A stretch of 64,000 nucleotides of DNA from Podarcis vaucheri (lineage: Eukaryota), in assembly GCA_965113315.1 (NCBI GenBank), contig OZ220364.1. One strand, written 5' to 3'. This document shows positions 37,348-49,970 of the stretch, piece by piece (position 1 is the first letter of the stretch; each line of letters starts with the position of its first letter). The translations under genes were made by a program, and so were the position numbers. The notes below the pieces were generated by a model, which was not told where the DNA came from, did not search any database, and worked only from the letters and a program-made list of their open reading frames with translations.

Positions 37348-40300
37348 CTCTGGGGAATTTGCAATGTTCAGCTTGTGTGGTTTATTTTAATACCTTGGCA
37401 TCTTATACACTTGCAGTAGTCTATCTCAGTGAGCTCATTGTGACCTCTTTTTCTGGTTTAAACAGGTATGAAGAAGAGATCAGCAGGCGCACATCTGCTG
37501 AGAATGAATTTGTGGTGCTGAAAAAGGTGAGAAGTGGCGCTTGGCAGCATACTGTAAATAGAGAAGGCACCGTGGTGGGATAGAATTGAATCAGGCATCA
37601 GAATGTTTTCAAGCCATTGCATAGAAATGTTGTTTTCTCCCATATGTCAGGGGGAAGTCAAGGCTACAAGTACAGCGGAACCTCGGGTTGCGAACGTGAT
37701 CCGTGTGGGAGGCACATTCACAACCCGCAGCATTCTCAACCCGCAGTGCCGCATCTGCACATGTGCGTGATATAATCTGGCGTTTCTGCACATGCACAAA
37801 TCATGATTTAGTGCTTCTGCACATGCACAAGCGCTGAAACCCAGAAGTAACCCGTTCCAGTACTTGCGGGTTTCGGTGCGTCCGTAACCTGAAAATGCAT
37901 AACCCGAAGCGTCTGTAACCAGAGGTACCACTGTATAGGCCTTCCCCCTGACATGTTAGCACAAGTTGGCAAATGCGCTTCCCCCTTCCCCATTTTATCC
38001 TCACAGTATCCCTGTGAAGTAGGTTAGACTGAGAATCTGTGACTGGTCCAAGGTCACCCAGCAAGCTTCATGGTTGAGTGTGGATCGGAAACCTTTTCTC
38101 CCAGGTCCTGATCTGACACTTTGACCACTGCACCACCTCTGGTTCTCTTGAGCCTGCAAACATGTTTAATGGCCTTTTGGAGAACAGCTGAACCCCACAA
38201 GACACCTATCACTCATCTTTAGCTCTCACTGGAGAGCTCATGGTAGCAAATTATACTGGATCTATAGCAGTTCAAAAGGGCAATCATAGAAATTGCAGGG
38301 GCACACTGCAAAATATGGCAGCATAGATTAAACTGCTGCTTCCTATGTAATTTGTTTAAAAATCCATTGTTTCATTAATAAATTGAGAGGAACTGTTGGA
38401 TTAAGCCTGCTTGGCAGCCCCACCCTCTGACCCAGAAGCCCTTTCCCCCTACAGCCATATGTGTGGGGAATTCCTGGGGTTTCTTGGTGAAGAGGCATGC
38501 TAGGAACATCCTGCCTTTAATTATGTCTTCATATGGGAAGCAGAGTCCCTGTTGAGTCATCACAGCTAAACATCCCTACAGGAATGGAGAATAAAATGTT
38601 ATCTATGTGGACATGCCTAAACTCTTGTATGTGGTGCCTCAGTCAGTGATAACACTCTGTGAAGCTTTAAAGTTTGCATTCCTCATAATCTATCTTCTAG
38701 GATGTGGATTGTGCCTACATGACCAAGACTGACTTGGAAGCCAAAGTGGGTGCTCTAGCTGAGCAGATCCAATTCCTTAGACGTATCTTCCAACAGGTAA
38801 GGAATCTATCCATTCCATCTGCTCGCTAAGAATATTCTCTCTTCTACCATCACCCATTGAACCCACATTCAAAGGAACTGAATTCCCTCGCCTTAAGATA
38901 GATGAAGGCATACATGGGAATGTTACTTACCACTCCACATAGTTTTGAGGGAGGGATGCAAGGAACCAGAGGAAAGTATGTGATAGTCACAGAGGACTAA
39001 AGGACTAAGATGGATAGCCCCTGAAGCCTCACTCCATCCTGGTGATTCTGTACTTCCCTTGACTGTGCCACCACAATTAAACTGGGACTGAGATATCTGT
39101 GTTCACCTTAGATTGGATTGCTCTATGCCCTGCGCCTGAAACAAAAAGCTTAATCAGTGTAACAGCATGGCAAGTTTCAGGTTTGTTTTTCCCCCTTTTC
39201 CTCTCTGAGATCTAGAAACTTGCATTCTTTTTTAAAAAGCGAAAGCTATGAAAAAGCACGAAAGCAATTACAACTCAGACACATCAAAATCATGCTTGTG
39301 GAGACATAATTTATATTAATTAGTTCAAACATAATTGATATTAATTAGTTATTTTTTTTTCCATGAGTGGTGAATCAGGGGAGAAATGAGGCAGACTTAC
39401 TGATGGATGGCTTTTTGGTCCTTTAACAGGAACTATCTCAGGTCCAGATGGGTGGTCATGACACCTCTGTGGTAGTGAGTATGGATAACAGCAGCCACTT
39501 CAACTTGGAAGGCATCATTGATGAAGTACGAAATCAATATGAAGAGATTGCCCGGAGCAGCCGAGCTGAGGCTGAAAGTTGGTACCATAGCCAGGTAAGG
39601 AATCAAGCACAGAGGAAACCTGACATGCCTTGTGGTTTCCGGGGTTTTCTTTCTATTGCAAGGGACCTGAGGGCAGATCACTTTCTCCATGGGACCCCTG
39701 TGAAGGAAGGAAAGTCACTGCAAATCTCGAACCGAGAGTTCTTAGCTCCTTAGCCAGACTAGAATATTATTTGGAGGTGGGGGAAGCCATGACATTTAAA
39801 ATGGCAGCCGCAATTCCTAGTCCTTTGGTGAAGCCGTGATAGTCAAACTGGTGTAATGATATCAACATAGGCTTGTAGCATAGTGAGAAGTTCTCTGTAG
39901 TTTGCTGCTTCCATCATGAACCAGGGATGGATTTAGGGCTGTGTGAGTGGTGTGCCTGCGCTGAGTGCTGAGATGAAGGGGTGCTGGGCTTCAGGAAGGA
40001 GTCACGAGGCTCTGACAGGGTCATAGAGTTCATCTAGTTAGCACCTTCATGATTTTGGGAAGGAGGTAGGAGGACCCTTTCCAAATCTACCCCTGCATGA
40101 CCCCTGTGCTTGGGCTAATGTGTTGTGGTAGAGGGACCTTTGGATGGGCCCCTTCTTACCTGCCTTTGAAAAGGAACTGCAAAGACTGAAGGGGGCACCA
40201 AATATTGGCCTCGCACAGGGCACTATAGTACCCAGATCTGCCCCTGCATGACCCCTGTGCTTGAAGCTAATGTGTTGTGGCAGAGGGACCTTTGGATGGT

Positions 40301-43300
40301 ATCCATGATTAGAACATTGCTGGAGGAACTTTTGCTTTGTTTCTTAAACACAACACTGTTTCTGCCCAACAGTATGAAGCTCTGCAAAACACAGCTGGAA
40401 GACATGGGGACAGCCTGACTAACACCAGACATGAGATTCAAGAGCTGACTAGGAACATTCAGAGACTGCGTGGCGAGATTGACCGTGTCAAGAAGCAGGT
40501 ATGGCACTTAAACATTCCATTTGGGCAAAGGCTGAAAAATGTCTTCTTTTTCAGGCGGTCCACATCACACCACATGGGTGTAAAGTTCATCTTAGCTATC
40601 AGATGGGCTTTAGCTCAGTGATAGCTTGAGAAGCTCCTAGTCCAATCCTTGATAATTCCAGGTCTAAGTATTACATTGTTGTCTTAGACCTTGGAAGAGA
40701 CCAAATTGATGGTACTCTGACTCAGCAACTTCATACATTTATCTCTGGAAGATGCCTGATGCCCATTATTCTCTTTTGGAATTGCCCCTCCAATCTCTCA
40801 ACACTCTGCAATCTATTAAGGATGGCGGTGGCTTTGTTCAACAGTTGCATCAGATCAGGCAAGCACACAATGCAAATTGCATTGCCTGTATGTAAATTCA
40901 GGCGTGACAGTGATTGAAGTTGCATTTCCCTGAGAAGCCTGGGTGGTTCAAGGGACATCGTGTTGCAATTTGAACATGGGAGGCTTTTAGGGTGGAAACG
41001 TTTTGGCTTTAAACCAAGTCTTATCTGTAAATACTGGGGAGCTGCAGTCAGTCAATTTGGACCAGCTTGGCACCCTTGAGATATTCTGGACTACAATTCC
41101 CATAAACCCCAGCCAGCATAGCTAATGGTTGTGGATAATGAGAACTGTAGTCTAAACCATGTTAGGGAAGGCTTGCTTAAACAATACTGACCTAGATGAT
41201 CAAATGATCTGAGTTTGTATAAGGGAGTTTCCTATGTTTCTCAGCTTTTAAGGGATGCTGACTCATCACTTAGTGGATTGTGCAGGCAGCAGTAGTCGTT
41301 CTGTTCTGAGTCTTGTCTCTTGCCTAAAAGGAATCTGGCAGAAACTCTGCTCCACTGCACCCGTACACATGACTTGGAGAGAAAGAGTTCCTTTCTGGGG
41401 AGGACCTTGGCTTACAACTGTTGCTCAGCAATGGACTCATGATACTCTAATTCAAGATGCATGGATGTTGGCAATGAGGGATCAACACATTCATCTTGGC
41501 TACATGGAGGCCACATGGAATAGCCTCTGTGTGGTGCCCTCTCCAAGCTGCTGCCTTAATGTGCAGTATAATGTCAGAGGTGTTGCTCCATATTCTGCAG
41601 AGAGTTCTCAGTCTCTCACACATCAACTGTTGCTAGAAGCTGCCACTCTTCTGTGGAAATGTGCTAAGGTGCCAAGTGTCAGCTGAGATACCTTAGTACA
41701 GGAAGACTGGAAAAAGCACCTGGAGGTAGACTTACCAAAAAACCCCCAAATATTGCTTAATTTTCTCCATTAAATAATGACATCTAACATACCAATAAGT
41801 AGAAAAGACATGTGTTGGGAGAGCTGAACTTAGAATCATAGAATCATAGAGTTGGAAGAGACCACAAGGGCCATCGAGTCCAACCCCCTGCCAAGCAGGA
41901 ACTTGATCCCAGGCTTACCTGGACTCAGCCTCTGAACCTCTTTGGAACATCAGGATTCAGACTTGAAAGAGATGGCTCAGTTCAGGCAAAGTGTTGGTCC
42001 CCACCACTGCTGAGCCCTCACAAGAAGTCTCTCCTTCAGATGTCATTAGACTCCAGCTCTCATCAGTATCATTCAGCATGGCCAATGGCCAGTCCAGCAA
42101 CATCTGGTGGGCATCAGGTTGGGAAAGGTTGCTCATGGTATCTTGAATACATCTTTCAGAGCAACCACGAAGGCTCCTATACAGTTTTGAGCCTCAGCAT
42201 CTTTCTTTTTCTAAGATTATGAACATGGCCATATCCCTTGGCACTATGGGTCCAGGCTGGCCTATAAATCCCATTCTTTGACCTGGAAACAATTATCCCT
42301 GATGGGTGCTCAGATCAGGGATCGATCAGTCTGTTCCCAGCCTTTGTTCCTAAATTCAGGGTTTCAGGTGATAGACAGGAATAATGAGACAGATATTCAG
42401 AGATTGGACTGAACAGCTGTCAGAAAAACATGGGCTTCTGATGCAATCCCTGCCTGGGAGGCTTGTTAAATAGCTGGGTAGGTAAACAAAGCAACAAGGA
42501 AGTCTGGGATTCCAAAAAGTCCATCCCAAGGTCTCAGTCGTACTGGAAATAGAAAAGTTTTTATCTTTCTCTTCTTCTTGTCTTGCAGTGTGCTCAGCTG
42601 CAGTCAGCCATTGCTGAAGCTGAGGAGCGCGGCGAGTTGGCTCTCCGGGATGCTAGGCAGAAACTGGAAGAATTGGAATGTGCCCTGACAAAGGACAAGG
42701 AAGAGTTGGCTCGCCTATTGAAAGAGTACCAAGAGCTGCTGAACGTCAAGCTTGCTCTGGACATTGAGATTGCCATGTACAGGAAACTGCTGGAAGGAGA
42801 AGAGAGCAGGTGGGTGACCACTGCAACCTTCCACAGAGGGAATTTTTTTTCTTTGTAGATTAACTGGACCAAGGGTCTGCAAGCAGCTTCTGCCTTGATT
42901 TCAAATATTGCTGGGTTCAGGGAGGATTTTGCAAATATTTGAACATTCATAGAATGCTTAGTGGCATAGTGGACATCCAAATTATGGGGAGCAAATTTGT
43001 TATGGCTCCAGAAGGAATGTCCTTGGTGGTTTTATTGTTTGTTTTGTTTTGTTATTTTGTTATGCCTCCTTGGTGTGTTGTGTGCTTTTCTTTACTTATT
43101 TTGATGACGTTGTGTAGCACTCTGCCTTTTCTGCTTGTTTCTCATTGGTCCAGATTATATGGATTGATTTGCAGAAGGGAATTTGGGGGGGCAGGAGTTA
43201 GAGGAAGGAAGGTCTAGCCTTGTAAAATGGGCATAGGACTACATGGCTTTTGGGGTCACTTGTAAGTTGGGCCTAGTAATTCTATGACTCACAGATGCTA

Positions 43301-44088
43301 GACAGGACTACTATTATCTGCAGAAACCACTCTGCCTATTAAGTCAGGCTTCCTCAAACTTGGCCCTCCAGACGTTTCTGGCCTACAACTCCTATGATCC
43401 TTCGCTAGCAGGACCAGAGGTCAGGGATGATGGGAATTGTAGTCTCAAAACATCCAGAGGGCCGAGGTTGAGGAAGCCTGGATTAAGTGATCATACTTGT
43501 AGCAAAAAGAAGGTTTTGTTTCATTTTGTGACCAATTTTTCTTATTCCTAAACAGGCTGAGTGGCCAAGGATCCCAAGTCCATGTCTGTAAGTAGCTTCC
43601 ATGTTCACCTCCACTGTTTCAAACATGAGTTATTTCCAACATGAAAGTGTATGTACTGAACCTGTGTTTCCTTTGCAGCTGTGAGGAGTTCCCAATATGG
43701 CGGCGGCATGGGAGGAATTGGCGGCGGCGGCATGGGCGGAATTGGCGGCGGCATGGGCGGCGGCATGGGCGGAATGGGCGGCGGCATGGGCGGCGGCATG
43801 GGTGGAATTGGCGGTGGCGGCATGAGCGGCGGTGGCATTAGCGTTGGTAGCATGGGTGGCGGCATTAGCGGCGGCAGCATCATAGGGGGAGGAATGGGCG
43901 GTGGAAGTTGTGGCTATGGCGGTGGAAGCGGAGGTTATGGCGGTGGAAGCGGAGGTTACGGAGGAGGAGGCTCTGGAGGCTCCTGCATAGGCGGTGGCGG
44001 ATACTCTCAAGGTTCCGGTTCCGGCTCTAGCACGATCATTAGGAGAACCACCACAAGCAGCTCATCCATCAAAGGCGGAAGGCATTAA
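33722..44088 (+). CDS. Type II keratin gene 2 (Gly/Met-rich, suprabasal epidermal type; KRT1/2-like or KRT78-like family), complete, 9 exons, 655 aa
   Basis: join(33722-34360,36890-37107,37466-37526,38701-38796,39430-39594,40373-40498,42589-42809,43556-43587,43679-44088) = 1968 nt, open frame, all introns GT-AG. Motifs [29 protein letters not shown] and [14 protein letters not shown]. An alternative in-frame ATG lies at 33743. Confidence 0.94.
35011..35170 (+). repeat. Perfect 80-bp tandem duplication in gene 2 intron 1
   Basis: 35011-35090 equals 35091-35170. Confidence 0.95.
36890..37107 (+). CDS. Keratin gene 2 exon 2
   Basis: ttcag|[21 protein letters not shown]...EDYKN(K)|gtaag, 218 nt. 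Confidence 0.95.
37311..37345. repeat. (TG)n microsatellite
   Basis: Read directly. Confidence 0.95.
37466..37526 (+). CDS. Keratin gene 2 exon 3
   Basis: aacag|[20 protein letters not shown]|gtgag, 61 nt. Confidence 0.95.
37673..37933. mobile_element. Tigger-like MITE
   Basis: TA|CAGCGGAACCTC...GAGGTACCACTG|TA. Confidence 0.75.
38701..38796 (+). CDS. Keratin gene 2 exon 4
   Basis: tctag|[32 protein letters not shown]|gtaag, 96 nt. Confidence 0.95.
39430..39594 (+). CDS. Keratin gene 2 exon 5
   Basis: aacag|[22 protein letters not shown]...AESWYHSQ|gtaag, 165 nt. Confidence 0.95.
40373..40498 (+). CDS. Keratin gene 2 exon 6
   Basis: aacag|[15 protein letters not shown]...IDRVKKQ|gtatg, 126 nt. 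Confidence 0.95.
41831..41901 (-). mobile_element. CR1 extreme 3' fragment
   Basis: TAGAATCATAGAATCATAGAGTTGGAAGAGACC..., matching the other CR1 3' ends. Confidence 0.8.
42589..42809 (+). CDS. Keratin gene 2 exon 7
   Basis: tgcag|[16 protein letters not shown]...[13 protein letters not shown](R)|gtggg, 221 nt. Confidence 0.95.
43345..43480. mobile_element. ~135-bp hairpin hAT MITE
   Basis: TIR CAGGCTTCCTCAA; TSD TATTAAGT/GATTAAGT. Confidence 0.8.
43556..43587 (+). CDS. Keratin gene 2 exon 8
   Basis: aacag|[10 protein letters not shown]|gtaag, 32 nt, phase-compatible. Confidence 0.88.
43679..44088 (+). CDS. Keratin gene 2 exon 9 (Gly/Met-rich tail)
   Basis: tgcag|(S)[15 protein letters not shown]...[17 protein letters not shown]. 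Confidence 0.92.
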
Positions 44089-44905
44089 ATGTCCCAGCTG
44101 GTCCCTAAAAGGAAAGAAACATCTTCTAGCTTCTTGCGGCATCAGCGCAACACCTTCAACCCCACCCTGGTAATACAGAAAAGAACAAACTGTGTCCTTC
44201 AAAACACAATGTTGTATCTATTTTGCTCCCCAAGAAAGCACCATTAAGCTTACCACCTTCCATCTTGCTTCTGTCACCTGTTGCTTTGTTGTACAATGGT
44301 GGAAGATAGCTGGTAGAGAATGCTAATGAAATATGCTGATGGTGTTGCATTTTAGGATGTCAGAGAGTAGCTAGAAGGGGGAAGGGGAGGGGAGGAGTGT
44401 GTTTCTTTCAGAGTATGCTGTACATTTTTTGGCTTTTTATGGTGGCTGCCAGTTCATGGCATTCTGTATTGAAGTGGCCTTTCCTTCTCTTTCTTGAGGC
44501 TTCTTCCAGTTGGTTGTTCTCTCCAGGTGTTGTTGTAGTTCCTTGCTTCCCAAAAGACATAATTTGTCCCCACTGTATTTGACTATGTGCTGATGTTGGA
44601 CCAGCCAACATTGATAATGCTAAGTCACGATTGCTCTTATCTGCCTAGAAAGAGAAAAGAAAATAGAGCATTTCCTCCCTTGAATCAAAGTCATGATTTA
44701 ATCAATGATCAGGCAGCCTGATCGTGGCTACAGAGCAACAAGGTCCTGTACAACACTGAGTAAACAATCATTTACTATAATTGTGTCATTGGAAAAGCTA
44801 TCTCATTATCAAAAGTACATTCTTGTGTCAGTTTTGTGAATTACATTGCACCTGTCTTTATTTCCCATGGTTTGCTTCCCATGTTTTTGGGAGGTGGCCA
44901 TTTTC

Positions 44906-44911
44906 AATAAA
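44906..44911 (+). terminator. Candidate polyadenylation signal of gene 2 (AATAAA)
   Basis: AATAAA about 820 nt after the stop, followed by a GT/T-rich tract. Confidence 0.65.
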
Positions 44912-45535
44912 CTGCAGTCAAGTTATATGTGGTCTTGATTCTTATTATTTACTTATTGGTACGTTTAATTTAATTTAAGGCTAAAACAACTTTGGAGGGA
45001 TCTTGTACACTGCCAGTTTTCAGCTTGTAGATTGAGGCCACAGCTTGGTGGTCATGGCCTGATCTAAAGTGGGTTGCGAAAACAGCACTGCCACTATACA
45101 AACGTATGGCAAGAAGTTAAGAAAGGGGTCTCCAAATGTAGGTTAAAAGGTGGATTCCTGGCCAGAAAAGGCTGGAGATTGCTGTCATATGGCATCTCTG
45201 AAGCTGAATTAGCTTTCAAAAAAACTCTTGCAATGAAATCCTGTGCATGTTTACTTAGGCATTAAGGCCCATTAAGTTTCGTGGGACAAACCTGAACAAG
45301 TGTTTATAGGATTGCAGCTTCAAGTCAGTTCCTTTCTCCAGCATTCAGAAATGCGGGTGACGTTTGGGTTACACAGGGATTTAGTCTGGCCAATTAATAC
45401 TTTTGTTTCTTAAAATTAAGCAATATAATTCATGATTTAAGAACACTATCCAACTAAAAGCTCAGAGTGGCAGAAACAATACTATCAAGCGTTGACCCAA
45501 GGATAGGAATCCATGTTCCAGCCTGTCATTGCAGT

Positions 45536-45536
<1 letters not shown>

Positions 45537-45579
<43 letters not shown>

Positions 45580-45810
45580 TTATTATTTGTACCCCGCCCA
45601 TCTGGCTGGGTTTCCCCAGCCACTCTGGGCGGCTTCCATAGTAACCAAAAAAACACTAAAATATCATACATTAAAAACTTCCCTGAACAGGGCTGCCTTA
45701 ATATGTCTTCTGAATGTCAGGTAGTTGTTTATCGTTTTGACATCTGATGGGAGGGCGTTCCACAGGGCGGGCGCCACTACCGAAAAGGCCCTCTGCCTGG
45801 TTCCCTGTAG
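45537..45810 (-). mobile_element. L2 3'-end fragment with (AAT)n tail
   Basis: Homologous to 5110-5250; a similar remnant at about 2680-3068 is split by a Tigger-like MITE. Confidence 0.75.
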
Positions 45811-46043
45811 TTTAAACAAGTCTCTGGTTCACAACATGCTTCATTACATTAGTTCACAAGTGTCACAGGTGAGACTAAGAAGTGTTCCTAATGCTGGTTG
45901 TGAATATGTCCTGGGGGAGAGCAATCTAAATAAATTAAGCAGTCCTTTTCAAAATGAAACAATAGTAGTCATTTAAAGAACTGCTTGCTGCTCACTGGCC
46001 CTTAAATGTTTCCTGACAGGAAGAGGCTGGTTTTGGAATAGAG

Positions 46044-46179
46044 CAGGCATCCCCAACCTTTGGCCCTCCAGATGTTTTGGACTACAATTCCCATCATCCC
46101 TGACCAGTGGTCCTGTTAGCTAGGGATCATGGGAGTTGTAGGCCAAAACATCTGGAGGGCTGCAAGTTGGGGATGCCTG
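46044..46179. mobile_element. ~135-bp hairpin hAT MITE
   Basis: Near-palindromic; TSD GAATAGAG/GAATGGAG. Older relatives near 10935, 12470, 15317, 16727, 18435, 58620. Confidence 0.8.
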
Positions 46180-47100
46180 GAATGGAGGCTTTGGCTTTGC
46201 TTTGTCTGTGAAAAAAGGAAGATCTGAAGCCCCTATGAACACCCTTTTACATGCCCTCGCCTTTCAAAATTGACAGCAGGAGGGTGTCACCATGAGCCAG
46301 CAGAATCTAGTAGAAAGAGAATCCTGGAAGAAAACCTAGAGTCATTCCTTGAACTATGAAAAATACCATGTGTGCCAAATTCCTCCTTTTGAATAAATTA
46401 TGCAGGCTGCTACATTTTGCATAAATGTTGCAAAGTATAATTTATTCTAAATTTGCTTTCTGAAGACTCAGAATTTCTTCTGAGATTTTTTTTGGTAAAG
46501 AATAGAGTGGCGGGGGGTAGGCAACAACATGTAGGTGTGGACTTAGAGCCATGGGAAAGGGGCCAAGAACTATGGGGGGCTATGAAGGCTGACCCTCTAA
46601 TCACTGGAACCTCTTCCCAGCTTCTGGGAGTCTGTTCACATAGATTAGATGGCAAACATCTAATGTGAGCACACAGGGAAAGCCTGTGTCTGGAAACAGC
46701 ATCAAAACAGAAGGCAGTCATGGCATCTAAAGTGTGCAGTTCCATTATAATGTTATATTATCCATTAGGAGACATGAAGTGGATGAGAACATATTGGTCT
46801 CTTGCAAACAGTGTGAACAGGTCAGTCCAAATGTTTGTTAACAGGATGGCAAATTTATCATCATCACCCCCAGAGTTTCATGGACACCTTGCCAAAGACA
46901 TCCCAGGTATTTCACCTGCTAATCATTTGATGAGTTCACTGCCATGGCAACAGCCACAACGGATCTGTACATTGTACTGTAATGGGTGGAGGCTTGCTGA
47001 TGTCATCATGGAAAGTGTGAATGAGGAATAAGTCTGCCTGTCTGCTAGATAAGAATGGCAGCTGCAATACATCCTCCTGGTTTAAACTGAAACTGGCTAA

Positions 47101-47102
<2 letters not shown>

Positions 47103-47142
<40 letters not shown>
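47103..47142. repeat. (TG)n microsatellite
   Basis: Read directly. Confidence 0.95.
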
Positions 47143-47144
<2 letters not shown>

Positions 47145-47308
47145 GTAACACACACACACTGAGAAAGGGGGGAATGCAATTGTTGCAGATTTTTCTTTTT
47201 GTACTACAACCATTACAACAATCCTTTTCTTCTTTTAAAGGTAACCACTAAAAGTAAGCAATTATGCTTATAGCATAATGATAAAGCCATCATATAAGCA
47301 ATACAAAA

Positions 47309-47352
<44 letters not shown>

Positions 47353-47381
47353 ATATTTAGATTTCTTACTCATGCTTCCTC

Positions 47382-47724
47382 GGGATGCTGGTGGCGCTGT
47401 GGTCTAAACCACAGAGCCTAGGGCTTGCCGATCAGAAGGTCGGTGGTATGAATCCCTGCGACGGAGTGAGCTCCCGTTGCTCGGTCCCAGCTCCTGCCAA
47501 CCTAGCAGTTCGAAAGCACGTCAAAGTGCAAGTAGATAAATACCTCCGGCGGGAAGGTAAGCGGCGTTTCCGTGCGCTGCTCTGGTTCGCCAGAAGTGGC
47601 TTAGTCCTGCTGGCCACATGACCCGAAAGCTGTACGCCAGCTCCCTCGGCCAGTAAAGCAAGATGAGCGCCGCAACCCCAGAGTCATCTGCGACTGGACC
47701 TAACAGTCAGGGGTCCCTTTACCT
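47382..47724 (+). mobile_element. Sauria SINE
   Basis: Same consensus; flanking direct repeat TTACTCATGCTTC. Confidence 0.85.
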
Positions 47725-48934
47725 TTACTCATGCTTCACCATAAGGTCCCAGTACAAATGTAACAAACAATTTCTAAAAGCAATAACAAGCACTTTTACC
47801 AGCATTTAAAAGCAAACCAGAAAAACCTGCTTGGAAGGTGCCCTCTATTTGCAGGTCTTTTCTGGCCCAGGACTGGTGTAAAGAAAGGAAAGGCGTGGCC
47901 TTGAAGTTGTCTGCCAACGTTTATTCCAAGCAGGCACACAGGTCACTTGGCCACAGTTTTCCCCACTATGGTGAGATGTACTTATTCCTACAGGAGGCAG
48001 TGATGGCTGCCAACTTGGATTAATCTAATCTTTTAAAAGAATTAGCTTTATCCTCCCTTTATTTATCTAATTCTTTCAAAAGATTAGATTAATCCACTGA
48101 CACTTTTGCTCGGCCTCCGCAATTGGAGGCGGTAATGGTTCTGAATACCAAGTGCTAGAAGCCACAAGAGTGAAGAATGCTTTTGTGTTCAGGTCCTGCT
48201 TACAGATTTCCCTTGTGGGCATCTGATGGCAACCGTGAGAACCATCATGTGGACCAGATAGGCCATTGGTCTGATCCAGTAGGGCTCTTTTTATGTATTT
48301 GGATTTGAATCTTAGAAATTATTAATAAATGTGCATCTATTCATCTAAATCAGCACCTGCCATTTTGATGCAAATCTGTGTCCTCTTTTGCCCTCTCTTT
48401 GTGATGATGCATAATTGGCCACACCCTAACAGGTTACACCTCTGCAATACTGTTTTCTGCAATAGATAAATTCTAGACCCCACCCTAATGAATCCAGCCT
48501 GTTTATCCTGTCTCTTACCACACTTCTTCTCCTATATATACACCAACACCCTCAAGTTGCAGTTAAGCCTGCGTGGTTCTCTAAATTTCTGCTGGTTCAT
48601 ATGGTTCAGTGTGCCCAGATCTTTACTGCTCAGACTGGGTGATGCTGACCTCTGTCACTTTCCCATCTTGCTCACAAACAGTCCTGGTTCATAGAGTCCC
48701 AGGATGACAGAGAGAGAAGGAAGCAACATAACACATAATATGCAATCTTAATGTCCCAAAGACTCAGCATTTTTGCCTCCTCCTTGGACTCTAAATGAAT
48801 GATGTCTCATCCACACTGCACATTTAAATCTTAAAGCTCAGATTGAGGGGGTCATGCTTTTCTGTATGGTTCATTCCCAGGCTTCTCCTCTGTTCTAGAA
48901 TTTAAACTGGTTCCTTGGTGTAGAATAGCTAAAC

Positions 48935-49133
48935 CAGGCATGTCCAAAGTCCTTTTTGGGGGCCTAATCCTGCCCGCCAGTCGGTAAAATCCTAAAAAAC
49001 CCCTCAATAACCTCAATCCTAAAAGAAGCTCAACAGCTCGAACCCTAAAAAAAAGGTCAACAACTTTGGTTGGCCCCCATGGCCCTTCACTTCATCAAAT
49101 ATGGTCCTCTTTGAAAAAGGTTGGACACCACTG
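48935..49133. mobile_element. hAT MITE
   Basis: CAGGCATGTCCAA...TTGGACACCACTG; TSD AGCTAAAC/ACCTAAAC. Confidence 0.7.
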
Positions 49134-49609
49134 ACCTAAACTATGGGCGTAGGATACCTAAACTATGGGTTTTTGTGATAGGACTCATCCCTGACCCTAG
49201 CATGATCCAGTCGCTAGGCCAACTGCACACTTCCAGGCTCCACCTCAACCTACCAGAGACATTTTGCCATGACCTGCTAGCCTCTCAGGCTCTGCCCCGA
49301 CCCCCCTGTATCTGTATCTCTGAAGATTTGGGCAATAATATCCAGACTGCCACCACAAGCCCTCAGTCTCCCTGTAACCCAAGCCTTAGTTAACAGAACA
49401 CTTGAATCAAGCCGTTTCATTTCATGCCAATCTGCCCAGGGGCTTCTCCACCTGACTTAGGGTTGCTTGGCCCGCTGAGACCCTAAGACCCAGAGGGCAG
49501 AGGCTATAACAAGACAGGGATGGAGAACCTGCAGCCTTTCCGATGTTGCTGGACTACAGCTCATATAAGCTTTAGCCATTAGCCATGCTGGCTAAGGCTG
49601 ATGGGATTT

Positions 49610-49970
49610 GGATGGGTGGCGCTGTGGGTTAAGCCACAGAGCCTAGGGGTGGCCGATCAGAAGGTCGGCGGTTCGAATCCCTGCGACGGGGTGAGCTCCC
49701 GTTGCTTGGTCCTTGCTCCTGCCAACCTAGCAGTTCGAAAGCACGTCAGAGTGCAAGTGGATAAATAGGTACCGCTCCGGCGGGAAGGTAAATGGCATTT
49801 CCGTGCGCTGCTCTGTGCTTCGGTTGGCCAGAAGCGGCTTAGTCATGCTGGCCACATGACCCGGAAGCTGTACGCCGGCTCCCTCAGCCAATAAAACGAG
49901 ATGAGCACCGCATCCCTAGAGTCGGTCACGACTGGACCTAATGGTCAGGGGTCCCTTTACCTTTACCTTA
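49610..49970 (+). mobile_element. Sauria SINE (nested in a hairpin MITE)
   Basis: Same consensus, ACCTTT tail. Confidence 0.85.

Noticed and set aside
7028-43292. Many AP-1 sites TGA(C/G)TCA around and within the genes (e.g. 7028, 9931, 12203)
   Set aside because: Plausible for keratins, but several are expected by chance in 64 kb and function cannot be supported from sequence alone.
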